Source: Utricularia gibba (Eukaryota; Plantae; Magnoliophyta). Taken from it: a DNA stretch of 64,000 nt. How positions within the stretch are numbered: position 1 is the stretch's first letter; every line of letters begins with the position of its first letter. The notes under the pieces were generated by a model, which saw nothing but the letters and a program-made list of their open reading frames with translations, made no database searches and was not told the DNA's origin. The DNA lies in the NCBI GenBank assembly GCA_002189035.1, contig NEEC01000018.1:992001-1056000 (forward strand), written 5' to 3'. Position numbers and translations under genes: made by a program. Below, one piece after another: positions 1 through 12,856 of the stretch.

Positions 1-2055
1 TCCTCCTCAGCAAAAACGTTCTCCACCCACCAAACCTCGATTCCTACATCGATTTCATTTCTAGGAGGGCGCCTAATGATGCTTTGGAGAAATCTGGTCA
101 GTCACAAAACCCCGCGTCTGTGGATCTTGATGAGGTAGGAGAGAAGGGAGTGGCCTCATCGTTGAAGACTGAAAACAGTGAAGAAGCAGCAGTGCCCGTG
201 TCATCAAGTTCTGACCTTGATGTTCAGTATGATCAGAAATCAGAGGCTAGCCTGAAAACCAGCGACCCCAAATCGTCGTTTGAGGAATTTGATCTTCCCG
301 ATTCATCAACATCGGTTATTGACGAGAAAACTGAGGGAGTACAAGGCGTACTTTACATCTATGGGGCATCTGTTGAGAAGGGAGTTCCATCAGGCGCTAA
401 TGCGGCTGCTATTGACAATGTATTTCTCGAAAAGCTGAGGAATTGTGACTTTTATAGAGGTAAATGGATCGAGGATGACAACCGTCCAATTTATGCACCG
501 GGCAAGTGCCCGTATGTGGATGAAGCTTTTGATTGTCAGAGCAATGGGAGGCCTGATTCCGGCTACTTGAAATGGAGATGGAAGCCCGACGAATGTGATC
601 TTCCCAGGTTGTTCATGTATTACTTTTTGCTACTGTTCACTTATTCTTGGGTCCGGGTAATGGTGGTCCATAGCAATCCTCAATTATTATGCTTGTTCGG
701 ACCATAATCTACTTTTTTGAGCCATTTATTGATGAGAGAGGATACATTCGTAGTATGTGAATTTTACAGCCTTAGAAAAAGATTCTTTGAGGAAGAAAGG
801 ATTGCACTTTCCTGTAAGTATACATGAGAAAAAGTTAAAATTTAGCTCATTGTGTGATTTTGTGTTTCCTGCCAACTCTTTACGCCTGTGGTCCTTTTCA
901 CCGTGGTTGACTGTAACGCTGATGTAGGTGTGATAATTTCGTTTCGTTTTTTCAATGTATGGTTGCTATATCAGGTTCAATGCAACAGATTTTTTGGTAA
1001 GACTTAGCGGAAGGAGGCTTATGCTGGTGGGAGACTCAATGAACCGCAATCAGTTTGAGTCTCTCCTCTGTCTCCTGCGCGAAGGGCTGCCTGATAAGAG
1101 TAGAATGGTTGAAATCCATGGCTATAAAATCACAAAGGGACGAGGGTACTATGTTTTCAAATTCGAGGTAACTGCAATCTTGTGATCAAAATTTACTTAC
1201 TCTGAAAGCTAATGTAACACACTAGTTGGTGAATTCTGTGAAGCAGGATTTCAACTGTACTGTGGAGTTTATCCGATCACATTTTCTTGTGCGTGAAGGG
1301 ATTCGTGTGAATGCCCAAGGAAACTCAAACCCCACTTTGTCTATTGACAAGATCGATAAAAGTGCTAAACGTTGGTTGAGAGCTGATATTCTTGTTTTCA
1401 ACACGGGACATTGGTGGACTCATGGGAAGACCTCCAGAGGGTATGCTCCAACATTTCTCATATCCACGTTCCGCATCTAACCCCAGTGTGATGGTGCAGC
1501 AAAAACTACTATAAAGAAGGGAGCTACCTTTATCCCCAGTTTGATGCTGTTGAAGCATATAGAAGAGCCATTCGGACATGGGCTAAATGGATCAAGGCCA
1601 ACATTAGCACAGACAAACTTGTCTTGTATCGGGGCTACTCATCTGCACATTTCAGGTATCATTTCCTCTTGTTACGCTGCATTCATGCATCACAAATGTA
1701 GAAGATTTTAGTGTCTTCCTCACGCATAAACAGAGGCGGGGACTGGGATTCTGGTGGAACGTGCAATGGTGAAGACAAGCCTGTCGTTCAAGGGGCAATC
1801 CTCAAGAGCTACCCTGAGAAGATGACAATTCTGGAGGAAGTCCTCAAGGAAACTGGCGCCCCAGTTGTATTACTGAACATCACAACCTTAACCAACTATC
1901 GGAAAGACGGACATCCGTCGGTGTACGGCAAGAACGTAACCGGGCAGAAGAAGGTTTCTGCAAGAAGGCAGGATTGCAGCCATTGGTGCCTTCCGGGAGT
2001 TCCCGATGTCTGGAACGAGTTAATATATGCAACTTTGATGCTCAGACAAAGCTAA
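1..2055 (+). CDS. TBL5: Trichome birefringence-like (PMR5N/PC-esterase) polysaccharide O-acetyltransferase, TBL5-like, 5'-partial
   Basis: Frame is open from the window edge. Exons <1-607, 975-1167, 1247-1440, 1500-1655, 1734-2055 join in phase at GT-AG junctions. Motifs: CDFYRGKW, VGDSMNRNQ (GDS), NTGHWW, DCSHWCLPG (DxxH). Confidence 0.93.
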
Positions 2056-2849
2056 GTTAGACCAACGACATTCTTGTAGTTGCGTGGTCAGCTTGCATTT
2101 TTCTTGGGAGATTGGTCCCAATTCCACGGTTTTTTTTTTTGTTTTTTGTTTCATATCCACATCTCTGGTTTGGATCGATGAATGTGCTCTTTGAACCGTT
2201 TTTTGGATCGATCGCTGACATCGCAAGTTTGAACAATCCGTAAACCAAACAAGCCGCCATCTTCCTTGATAATGACTATGAATGCGGTGAGCCGTGTACG
2301 CGACCAGCGGCCTGTTGATCGTTCCCAGGTAGGCCGGTGCGGTGCGCGTCCAATCGGAACACTTCAGATAAGCCTGTTCACACAAGGGAAAAGGGATTAG
2401 TATTTGGTGCCATGCTGTCCAAACCAATGTGGATCACGACAATTCATATTAAGAGGAATATTTGTAAATGACAAGACAGGGAACAGCAGGTGATATTTTG
2501 GGTAGGCTCCCTGAGAAAAATAAAAGGAGAAGATTTTTCTTTTCTTTTTCCAGTCATCCTCCACCTTCGCGGGTCCTTGTCCATTCGTTGTTGGGGTGCG
2601 GGGTCCATCGTATCCGGGTTGATAAATTCAATGCTCGCTTTTGGAAACTCCATGCTCTGGGAAGCCATTGTCGTCTGAAAGAAGAGTTGGTGATTCTGCT
2701 GGAAGACTAATTGGGTTGGCCCAGAACTCTTTTCCTCGATGTTGTCGTCGCCACCTTAACAGGGTTTTGTTGGATATTCAGAGAGCTACGCACGGAACTC
2801 TGCGTTTTCTTTTTGCTGGGAAAGATTGATTTCTTGTGACGCAGTTGTA

Positions 2850-5800
2850 ATGGGTTTTCTTTCTGATACCCAAAATGGCATTGGGGGTTGTGCTGGAGGG
2901 AACTGGGCTATTGAGGCTTTGAGAACTTTGGTGAGAAGAAAACAGGCTGATTCTGCCACTGGGAAGTCCTCCGGGCATCATGGTTTGGCCAAGTCGCTGA
3001 CTGTTCCTGATCTCATCGCAGTAGGTGAGAACCCAGTTTGGAATCCCCCGTTTTCATTTTGTTGATTTCTTTGATCTGAAATATGTGGATTGTCGATTGA
3101 ATATCTTGTCCTGCATTTTTTGGAAGCAAACTATTTCTTTGTCATGTCACCGCGTTTGCCTCTACTGTTTATCCAGTAAACCATTTTCATCGAAGGCTTA
3201 ATGGATGGTTGCGGTTTTTGATCTCTGTTTTTTGAAATCGTAGGTGTTGGTTCAACAATCGGTGCTGGAGTTTATATTCTTGTTGGTACCGTGGCTAGAG
3301 AGCATTCTGGCCCTGCCCTTGCCATTTCATTTCTGATAGCTGGAATTGCTGCCGCTCTTTCTGCTTTCTGCTATGCTGAGCTTTCAAGTCGATGCCCATC
3401 TGCTGGAAGTGCCTATCATTATTCTTACATATGCGTTGGAGAAGGGTAATCTATGTCCTCAATGTTTTAAACCTTGTGAATTCCCAACCATTTTTTGGTT
3501 TCCCTTAAAAGATTTTGTTTGCCTCAAAGAATGATTCATGCATCACTTGAAACAAACTAAACTAAACTAACCACTACGAAATATTTCATGCAGTATTGCT
3601 TGGTTGATTGGCTGGGCATTGATATTAGAATATACTATTGGAGGTTCTGCAGTTGCTCGAGGCATATCTCCTAATCTGGTGAGCTTGCTCTCTTTGATAT
3701 TTCATCGTGTATTTGGCGATCTGGATCTAAAAAGAATGGCATAGTGCTAGGTGATATGATGATGTGTTGCAACTAGTTATTGTTACCACTCTAATTTGAA
3801 ATTGTGATTGCACGATTCAATAATGTGATGAGGCTGTTACTAAGGCACGTTAACTTAGCGAATAACATACCTTGTGTTTTTCTTTCTTTTTCCTATGCAT
3901 TAGGCTATGTTGTTTGGAGGCCCAGAGAGTCTTCCTTCATTCTTAGCTCGTCAGACCATTCCTGGAATTGGCATTGTTGTCGACCCTTGTGCAGCTATCT
4001 TGGTTTTTCTTGTCACTGGGCTTCTGTGTGTGGGAATAAAAGAGGTTACTTATTTTCCCCCCTTCTTCACATTTTGGTCTAAACATTGTGAACATTTGAA
4101 AATCTTGAGGTACAATTTCTGCAGAGCACCGTTGTGCAAGGATTTGTGACGTTTGCAAATGTATGTATTATGATATTTGTCATCGTAGCTGGTGGTTATT
4201 TGGGATTCAAGAGTGGATGGCCTGGATACGAACTTCCTTCTGGGTAGATGTTATTTTCAATATTTTTTTTGCTTCACTGCTTGTGATACTTGAATCCTTG
4301 AATATTATCATGATCGGTGCATCTTTGTAGGTATTTTCCATATGGGGCTGATGGAATGCTTACTGGGGCGTCTACTGTATTCTTTGCTTACATTGGATTT
4401 GACTCGGTAGCCAGTACAGCCGAAGAGGTATTCACTGTCATAAAATTGAAAATCTTCCCAATTTTTCTTTTTTTTTAGAAAAAAAAAACGAGTATATAGA
4501 ACGTGGAGAATATTGGTCTTGTGCAGGTGAAAAACCCTCAAAGGGACCTTCCAATGGGAATAGGTTTTGCCTTGTTCATATGCTGCACTCTGTACATGTT
4601 GGTTTCTGCAGTAATTGTTGGTTTAGTACCCTATTACGCAATGGATCCTGACACTCCCATCTCTTCAGCCTTCCAAAGCCACGGAATTCAATGGGCAGTG
4701 TAAGTTAATTATTAATCCTTCAACTTCTTGCTAAGCTTGTTTTTTTCATATCCGCGCTTTCTATATGTCAGATATGCCATAACTGTTGGAGCTTGCTTTG
4801 CTCTTTGTTCAACATTGTTGGGATCCCTCCTTCCTCAGGTAAGTGAAATCTTTCTCTCCCAACTTTACGACTATAGTATTAGAAGTGTCAAATGATGCAC
4901 CATTTTTTGTTGGCTTGAAAATAGAATGCTTTATACGTGTTCACAAAAAGGTTGCATTATCTCCTTACAACCCTTTTCACATACTAACCCCTATTTGTAT
5001 TATACAAAGAAATGGTTGTTGCACCAATCATGAATAGGAGCATGCAAACCACGTTACCCCTTTGTTGGATCCAGTATCGCATGAATGTTTGGGTTTGGCT
5101 AGTAACTGACTTCATGCAGTATTCTTGTTAGCTTGCTTGTGGTTTGAGGTTTTCTCAAAAGTGAGATGGTTTTAAACTTAAAATGCTTATCGTTTTTTCC
5201 ATGTTTTTCTGGCGCCAGCCAAGAATATTGATGGCCATGGCCAGAGATGGATTGCTTCCATCATTCTTCTCAGAAGTAAATAAAAAAACTCAAGTTCCTG
5301 TGAAGAGCACCCTTCTTACTGGTTTTCTTGCTGCGCTCTTAGCTTTCTTCATGGATGTGGAACAATTGTCTGGAATGGTAATCCTTGTTTCTCTCTTTCA
5401 AAACTACCTTCCTTCATTGCTAATATATATTTTGGTGTTCTCACAGTTTTTGATATCCTAATTTTGTCCTTCAGGTCAGCGTTGGCACACTTCTTGCATT
5501 CACTATGGTGGCAGTTTCTGTTCTCATTTTGAGATATGTTCCACCAGACGAGGTCCCACTTCCTCCATCCTTTCAAGAAGCAATAGATTCAGTTTCAAGA
5601 TCCCGCAACGTCATAAAAAATCCTGCTACGTCTAATAAACATGATGCCGATATTGTTGCCACGGAAACTTCAATTGATTTTCCTTTGCTGGAAAAAGTAA
5701 CTGGAAGGCTAAACTGTAAGCTTCTTGATTAGAATTATTTTCTTTGAATAGTCATTTAAATAAAGCTTGATCCATCTCTTCTTGAATATGTTGAAGTTGT

Positions 5801-6534
5801 CATGAATGAAGAAAAAAGGAGGAAGATTGCTGGTTGGGGAATTACGGTTACATGTGTTGGTGTTCTTGTTCTCACTTCTGCTGCTTCGAGCGTCAGCCTC
5901 TATAGGTACGAGTCCTTGATTTTGTATTTGGTTACGGTTTTCCGTGCGGTTTGGCTTTGAGGTTCCATCATTATTAACTACATACTCGGTTCATTATCAG
6001 CCCTTTGAGGTACACAATATGTGGAATTGGGGGACTCATGCTGTCAACTGGTCTGATATCCCTCACCTGCGTTGATCAAGATGATGCAAGACACAGTTTT
6101 GGCCATTCTGGTGGTAAGAATGACTCAGCTTCTCATCATCATATAGTAGCTTTCTTCTTCTCATTCCCCCTTTGAGTGATCATGGCAAGGAAATCTTTGT
6201 CTGCATGGCTCCTTCCAGGTTTCATCTGCCCCTTCGTTCCCGTGCTCCCAATCGCTTGCATTTTGATCAACGTCTACCTATTGATCAATCTTGGGTGAGT
6301 TTTCTGACGACATCTCTGTTAGATTAAGGTGCCCTCTACTTTCTGATCGACAGACCGACAATCTTCCACATGTGAATGTGCAGAGGAGCAACTTGGAGTC
6401 GAGTGTCTGTGTGGCTGGCCATCGGAGTGGTGGTCTACGCATCATATGGCCGGAGAAAGAGCCGTCTGCACAATGCTGTCTATGTTCCCATAGCCCATGT
6501 AGATGAAATCTACAGCTCCTCCAGACTTCCATAG
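2850..6534 (+). CDS. CAT2: Cationic amino acid transporter, CAT2/3/4 (vacuolar) clade, 14 exons
   Basis: Exons traced from ATG 2850 to TAG 6534 with consistent phases. Motifs: [55 protein letters not shown]. Confidence 0.93.
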
Positions 6535-6959
6535 AGTAACATGTTCGTTCTCTTTGATTCTTTAAGTTCACACACAAGCCGGCTGGCAGGCAGGCGTATC
6601 TCGGCTCTGAGATCGTCCCTGATCTGATTGTGTAGAGCGTGAAATCTCTGTTGCATTTGTATCATTTTTTTGGTTTGCGAGCTGTACAGAGTTGGAAGAA
6701 AGCAGATGACGAAAATCATTTATGGCCACAGAACATTATCATTACAAAACATCTGCTGGTTTACTTCCTTTCCATTGGTGTCTTTCGCCTCTGTGTTTGT
6801 TACAGTAAAAGTCCGACCCGCCAAAGTGCACTAGATACACCGAAAATGGGGCAGTGGGAGGAATTCCATCTTCCCAGTTCCCACTGGTCATCAGAATGCT
6901 TTAGCTTCTAGCCTGTTATGTTCATGAACAAACTGCTTTGAAACTGTGCAGACCCTGCA

Positions 6960-8410
6960 CTATGCGCGTGATGATCTTTGCACCATGCGGATATAGTCTG
7001 GGATGGTGCTGTCAAACTGTTGGCCCCGTGGGTTCTCTGCATATGCAACGTAATATGCCGTTACACTTGCTTGTATCCATGCCATAGCTACCCTGATCTG
7101 CAACAGGGAGTTTGAATGGTGAGTTTGGAAAGCACACAAAGTAGCTAACCTGTACACAGGCTCTAGAAGCTTAAATCAATGCATACCAAGAAATATCCAC
7201 CTAAGAATGCGTATATGGATACTTGTGTTGCATATGTCTTATGCATGGCTAATGCCCAAGCACCAGCGACTAAAGCACATGCTGATCCGGCTGCTGTGCC
7301 GCAAAGGAAGCAGAAGGCGCTGGTCAGGTCAGAATCAATCAACTTTTGTATTCCAGCCCGTGTGAAAATCTCCCATGTATCACTTGATGCTTGCACAATC
7401 CCTTTGTTGTACACCCCTACATGCACAAAACTCCATCTATTTCCACATTCTATAATTCTGGATGCAACTCCCTTACAGCAGCTAGCACAGGAAAACATGA
7501 ACTCATCTGCATCCCGTGAGATTGAACTCATTGTCCGAGCCAAACCTCGTAGCACAACAAGAAATGGAACGATGATCGAGCCTAAGCATACAGTCCCCAT
7601 TGAGTTCTTAGCTAAATTTCTTAGTACACCTTTCAGATCTTGCTCCACTCCACTTGCAAAATGCGTGTATTTTAAATGTGATACTGTGACCTGCACCATA
7701 GTTTTGATCATCTGCATGGTCCATGTGTAGCTAACTAGAATAAGGAAAATGAACACATCATCAAGTTTAGTTCCGGTTTCCATGGCTCCTCCAATGGCTG
7801 CCATCAACAAAAATGTATAAAGAGTGCTGGCAACAAGCAGCACAGCCACCAAGGCCTTTAGTTTTGGTGGCCTGTACGCTAGTGAAACTGCTAAAATCTT
7901 TCCAGCATTCTCAAATCTGGGAGTTACCCAACAGGCATATAGTGCTTGTAATATAGAAGTTACTATCACCAATACCGAAGCTGCTAAGCTCCCTGGAGTC
8001 CCCACAGAAACGAGCAGGACCCCGAATGAACAGGCAAGAAAGGGGCTCAACCAAAATGTGGTCCTGAGAGATCTGAAGGGATTGATGTTTGTACATGTTT
8101 GCCACACGAATCCTAAGATTCCTGCAAGAAGGGTTGAAGAGAAAACCAACAGTGTCCAACTTTTCGGATCGAACTTACGTTTCCTGGACACTGATAACAG
8201 ACCGTGAAATGCGATAGAAATTGCTAGAACTGTGACTATAAACAAGTGCCCCCAGAAAAGTATCCCGCAAAACATGTTTATACTGCCCCATTCCCGAATT
8301 ATACGCAGCCGCCAACCACGTTCAGTTTCCTTGTTTCCTGAAGGAATATTCTGCTGGGTAGGACCTTGAGATCCCAAAGATAACATATTCGAATCCCCTG
8401 AACTCGTCAT
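6960..8410 (-). CDS. Plasma-membrane choline transporter-like (CTL family) protein
   Basis: Exons 8410-7187 and 7097-6960. Multi-TM protein with GNRWSFVHVGVYNKGIVQASSDTWE, LIDSDLT and AYYVAYAENP, typical of the family. Probable leader intron 8970-8460. Confidence 0.88.
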
Positions 8411-8497
8411 TGAATTCGGAATCTCTGCATACTATCAAAGCAAAAAAATCATCTTCCGCCTGATTCAGATTAGTACAAGAAGCGATCCAGCAAATAG

Positions 8498-8835
8498 GAG
8501 AAGTCCTTTTACTCAAACCCACTTGAGAAATAGCATAAACTTCATCGCCTTAAACTCACGTTCGCACTCCTCCATACAACATAAGGGAGAAGTCCTTTTC
8601 CTCAAACCCACTTGAGATATAGCATAAACTTCATCCCCTTAAACTCACGCTCGCACTCTTCTATACAGCAAATGGGAGAAGTCCTTTTCCTCATACCCAC
8701 TTGAGAAATAGCATAAACTTCATCCCCTTAAACTCACGCTCGCACTCCTCCATACAGCAAATCCGAGAAGTCCTTTTCCTCAAACCCACTTGAGAAATAG
8801 CGTACTTCATCCCCTTGAACTTGCGCTCGCAATCA
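8498..8835. repeat. Tandem array of ~4 x 89-bp units (last unit 87-bp type, truncated)
   Basis: GAGAAGTCCTTTT recurs at 8498, 8587, 8676 and 8765. Units are nearly identical and have no spacers. Confidence 0.95.
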
Positions 8836-9067
8836 TCAATACAGTTTTGTCACTCTTTTTGACCCGATTCCTTCTGCTCCCTCCCGCGAAAAGTAAAAGA
8901 TGGAAAAGCAAGAAGTCAGCAGCGGTAACGTGAGAAAGAAAAACTCCGCAACTCAACTTCGTAAGCTCACCCCCGCCAGTTCTTAACTGGACCGGAGTAG
9001 CCTTCTTTCTGAAAACCAACACTGATGACGAGTCCAAAGAGGCGCGTTATCGGGCCTCATCATCTAA

Positions 9068-9084
9068 TGGGCTTGGTCGGCCCA
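9068..9084. promoter_or_regulatory. Site II (TGGGCY) pair upstream of CTL gene
   Basis: TGGGCT at 9068 and GGCCCA at 9079, just upstream of the inferred leader exon. Confidence 0.4.
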
Positions 9085-10849
9085 ATTAGTATTCAATTAG
9101 GCTTGTTGCTTGCTGTGTTTTTTTAACCGTTTTTGTGATATTTTTTAATAAAAAAATCATTTATAATATTTTATTCGATAACCCGATTTTAAAATAGTAT
9201 AAAAATAAAAGAATGCTTCATAAGAAAATTTCAAAATCTATACCTTATTAGAAAATTGATTTTAGATTAGGTGGTATATGACAATATTTTTTTATATATT
9301 TTTAGTATAATTCTATTATATTTTTAATTTTTAATTTTAAACAAATTTATTGCATACGTATACTTGAATTTGGATATATATCCAAAAATTTGTATATTGA
9401 GTACATGAATTCGTATAAAACAAAGAATTTGTTTGATAGTTGGATATAGAAGATTTATCGTTAAATTTACAAATATATCATTATTTGATTAAATCAATAC
9501 ATGTATATCAAACTTGTATAACTATACCACTTACATATTAATTTTTTGAATATATGAATGGTATATACAAATATAGTAGGAGGTTTATTATATCTATACT
9601 ACTCATATACTCAAACTTTTATTATCATATATAAAACGTTATATACAATTGTGTATATATATACTCAATTACATTATATTTAAACATATTAATATACTAG
9701 TATGAAACTATCTCAAAAGAATACAAGAATACATGCATCATAGATTCTATGTTCCATGATTAGCAAACTCAATTTGTTTTTTGAAAATTATTTTTGAAGA
9801 AGCAAAATTAAACATCACACTATAAATCCAATTTTACTCCCAAAATAGAAGACATCAGACAAGAAATCCAGCGAAATTTTTGAATACAGAATGAGAATTG
9901 ATTACCTTTACCAAATTTTATTTATTATTTTTGAAATGGAATATTTTAAAATAATGTATTTTAGAGGTAAGAAGGTGACGTCATAATATGTAGGCAAGTA
10001 GTTAGAATGGTCGTGGTCAGTGTCAGTGGGGGCGAGGCCATGTAAGTAGTAAGAATGGGGGTTTGGGGAATCTTGCTTCATGTACAGTACACAAAGAAGC
10101 TCAGAGGAATCAGAGACTGCTGCAACCAAAATAATATATGTATCTTTCTTTGACCCCAGGGGGGCAAAAATCTTTCTTTTACCAGAATCCCATTTACTGT
10201 CCCTTGTCTTCTTCTCCCCATAATGCAATCCCATGGGATTCCATTCCCCCCTTCCTTCCTTCCTTCTCTCCCCTCTCCTCAAACTGTCCAACTTGTGAAG
10301 GGAGATCACGAGACTATGGGGTGAACCAGATTGCTTGTTTCTGCGCAAAACTGGTCAGATAGAAGTTCTATGATGTATTGCAGGAAGGCATCAGTCTTTT
10401 CTTTGGATAACCGAAAGGGTGAAGTGAATAATTAATACTTGTATCACCAGATTCTGCTTTTGGGTTTTGCCTTTGGTGTTTCTACAGTAATGAATGATGG
10501 AGCTTGTCGTCATCTCTTTCACTTTATAGTTTTTGTTGCCACCCATCTTTTTTCAAACCAGGGGTGATAATGCATGTGTGATAAAGGACATTGGAATACA
10601 ATTAAATTTTGGTTTGATGCGACTGAATTCGTAGGAGATATTACACACTTTTGTTGCCTGTTTTACCCTGTCTTCAAAGGCTGAAATGGATTCGACATTC
10701 TGGTGCTGGAACTGTGAAAAACAATGGAAATCGTTGAGAACTTAATGTGGAAAGAAGGGGGCGGTACTCCATTCATTTCATTCACACGACCGGAGGAGAA
10801 ACAACACAGCATCAGGATGCCTTCTTTTCTTTTTTTTTTTTTCTGTATC

Positions 10850-11571
10850 TCAAGTGGCTCCAACTCCAAGGAAATCAATGAATCCAATGCTCTTTTCCTT
10901 GCCGCAAACTCGAACATTTGTGTTGCTGTGGATGTTGGTTATGGACTCTAACGCAGAGACTTGTGAGCTTGAGTCCTCCGCCGGCATTGCCATTGTTGTT
11001 TGTTTGTGAAGATGGATGCTGTTGAATGCTGAGACTGAGAAGAGCTTCAGACTGGAGATGGTGGAGGATTGGGACCGAGTAAACGACGTCGCTCTTCTGT
11101 TCTTGCTGTCTCTATGCTTCCTCGCTTGTATCACATGCCAGTGGTTCTTCACCGCATTGTCCGTCCTCCCCGGGAAAAGCCGCGCGATCGTCGCCCATTT
11201 GTTGCCGTACACCCCCTGCGCCGCCAGGAGCCGCTCCTCCTCCGCCGCCGTGAAGGCCCGCCGGTTTATCCGAGGGTCCAGCTGGTTGCACCACCGTAAC
11301 CTGCAGCTCTTCCCTACACAACCCCTCCCCAAGTCACGTAGGAAAAAACCGCCTACATTGCAAAAAAAGCATCCATCAAAAAGACGAAAATTGCACCTGA
11401 TCTTCCGACAAGATTTTCAGCGATGAGATTCCAGTTCCGAGGCCCGAACTTTGCCACGACCTCCTTCAGCTTCGCATCCTCATGAGGTCTCCAGTGTCCC
11501 CTAGCGGCGGACTCGCCTCCTCCGATATGCGGCGGCGGCTCCTCCTCCTCCTCTGCTACCTTCGCAGTCAT
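10850..11571 (-). CDS. R2R3-MYB transcription factor, subgroup 21 (MYB105/117/110/52-like)
   Basis: Exons 11571-11397 and 11313-10850. R2 [20 protein letters not shown]; R3 [26 protein letters not shown]; C-terminal FIDFLGVG motif. Confidence 0.92.
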
Positions 11572-12856
11572 CTTACTTCCTTTCTAACAACTCACTGAAC
11601 ACGGCAACTCGTCCGTCAGTCGCAGATGAAATAGTTTAAAACTGAAACCAACTCCTGGGAATCAATTCTACATTTATAGAGGCAACATCCCTAACACGCC
11701 CTTGTCCTTTTATCAAATTTATTATAAATTTATTCTATTTTATTATTCTTTATTACGTCATCACTTCAAAATTAAACTGCAAAACCCAATCCATAAAACT
11801 AACAGATTTGAATAATTGAATTTAATTTCATTATCTTGATTTTTGCTATAGATCAGAATTTTTTTAACTTTTCTAATTAAATTCCAATTTTTAGGGTTGT
11901 TATCAATAAATAGGTAATAATTAATCGGATTTTGTCCAAAAATAACACGTACCGAGTGATGTACAAATTTCGAGTGTACAAATTTTCAAATTGGAAAATT
12001 AATTTATTTCTATCGATTTTTTCTATTTAAATCCGACTAAATCTAAACCTATAAATAAATCGAAAAAATCTATTTTTAAAATAATGGAATTGTAGTAGAG
12101 TTGTGGGCCCAAAGCTGTTAGGGCAAACGTCACACAATTTGTACACCTCCCTTTGCTTTCTCCCCCCTCCGCGTGCCAAATGATTATTCCACTATTGGTC
12201 CCGACAATTATTATGATTATTATTATTTCCTAAAATTTCTTTTATTTAAAATATAAAAATATCACTTTCATATTCATCACTTGTTGCGGGGTAAAGTTGC
12301 GGTGGTTTCTTTTCCCCTCACCCCCTTTGCGTACCGAGACACCAATAGCGCCACGGCAGGCCAGCGCATGCTCATTACACGTATTTATTAATACAAGCCC
12401 CTTCCCCCTTTTGCTTCTTAGTACGTACGTACACACACAAGTTGCCTATTTACTACAAGCCCCCCCATCCCATGGATGTCTGTCTGTCTTGGTAATGGTT
12501 GGTTTTGTGTTGTGAGGGAGAAATTGAGTATTGGATGAATGGGATCAATACACGTCAAGCTTAAGTATATAAGAAAATTAAATAATATTAGAAAAATATT
12601 AATCTAATAAATTATTAATGATTTGTAATTTTTTATATACTTTATTATTTTTCTTTCACATTTCAATATGGGGTTTTGCATTTTAATACCCGTTATCAAT
12701 TCGAACTAGTCTTTGATTTGATTAAAACTCGCTTTTTTTGTGATTGTAGTTAATGTTAAGTTGATGTATTACTTTGTTTTTTAACCAAAAATCCAAATAT
12801 ATTCGATTATTTCACTTTTAAATTTCGATATGGAATTATGTGTTGTAATAGTAGCA

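Noticed and set aside
8498-8835. CRISPR-like array
   Set aside because: The units are contiguous near-identical copies with no unique spacers, in a eukaryotic context with no cas genes.
10088-10112. miR390/TAS3-like site (AAGCTCAG...)
   Set aside because: Only 8 nt match and no tasiARF sequence is nearby.
10142-10310. miR159/319-like hairpin (TGAAGGGAGAT pairing with ATCTTTCTTTG ~155 nt upstream)
   Set aside because: Only ~11 bp pair, four of them G:U. The stem does not extend, and the 5' half of the mature miRNA and the second conserved duplex are absent.
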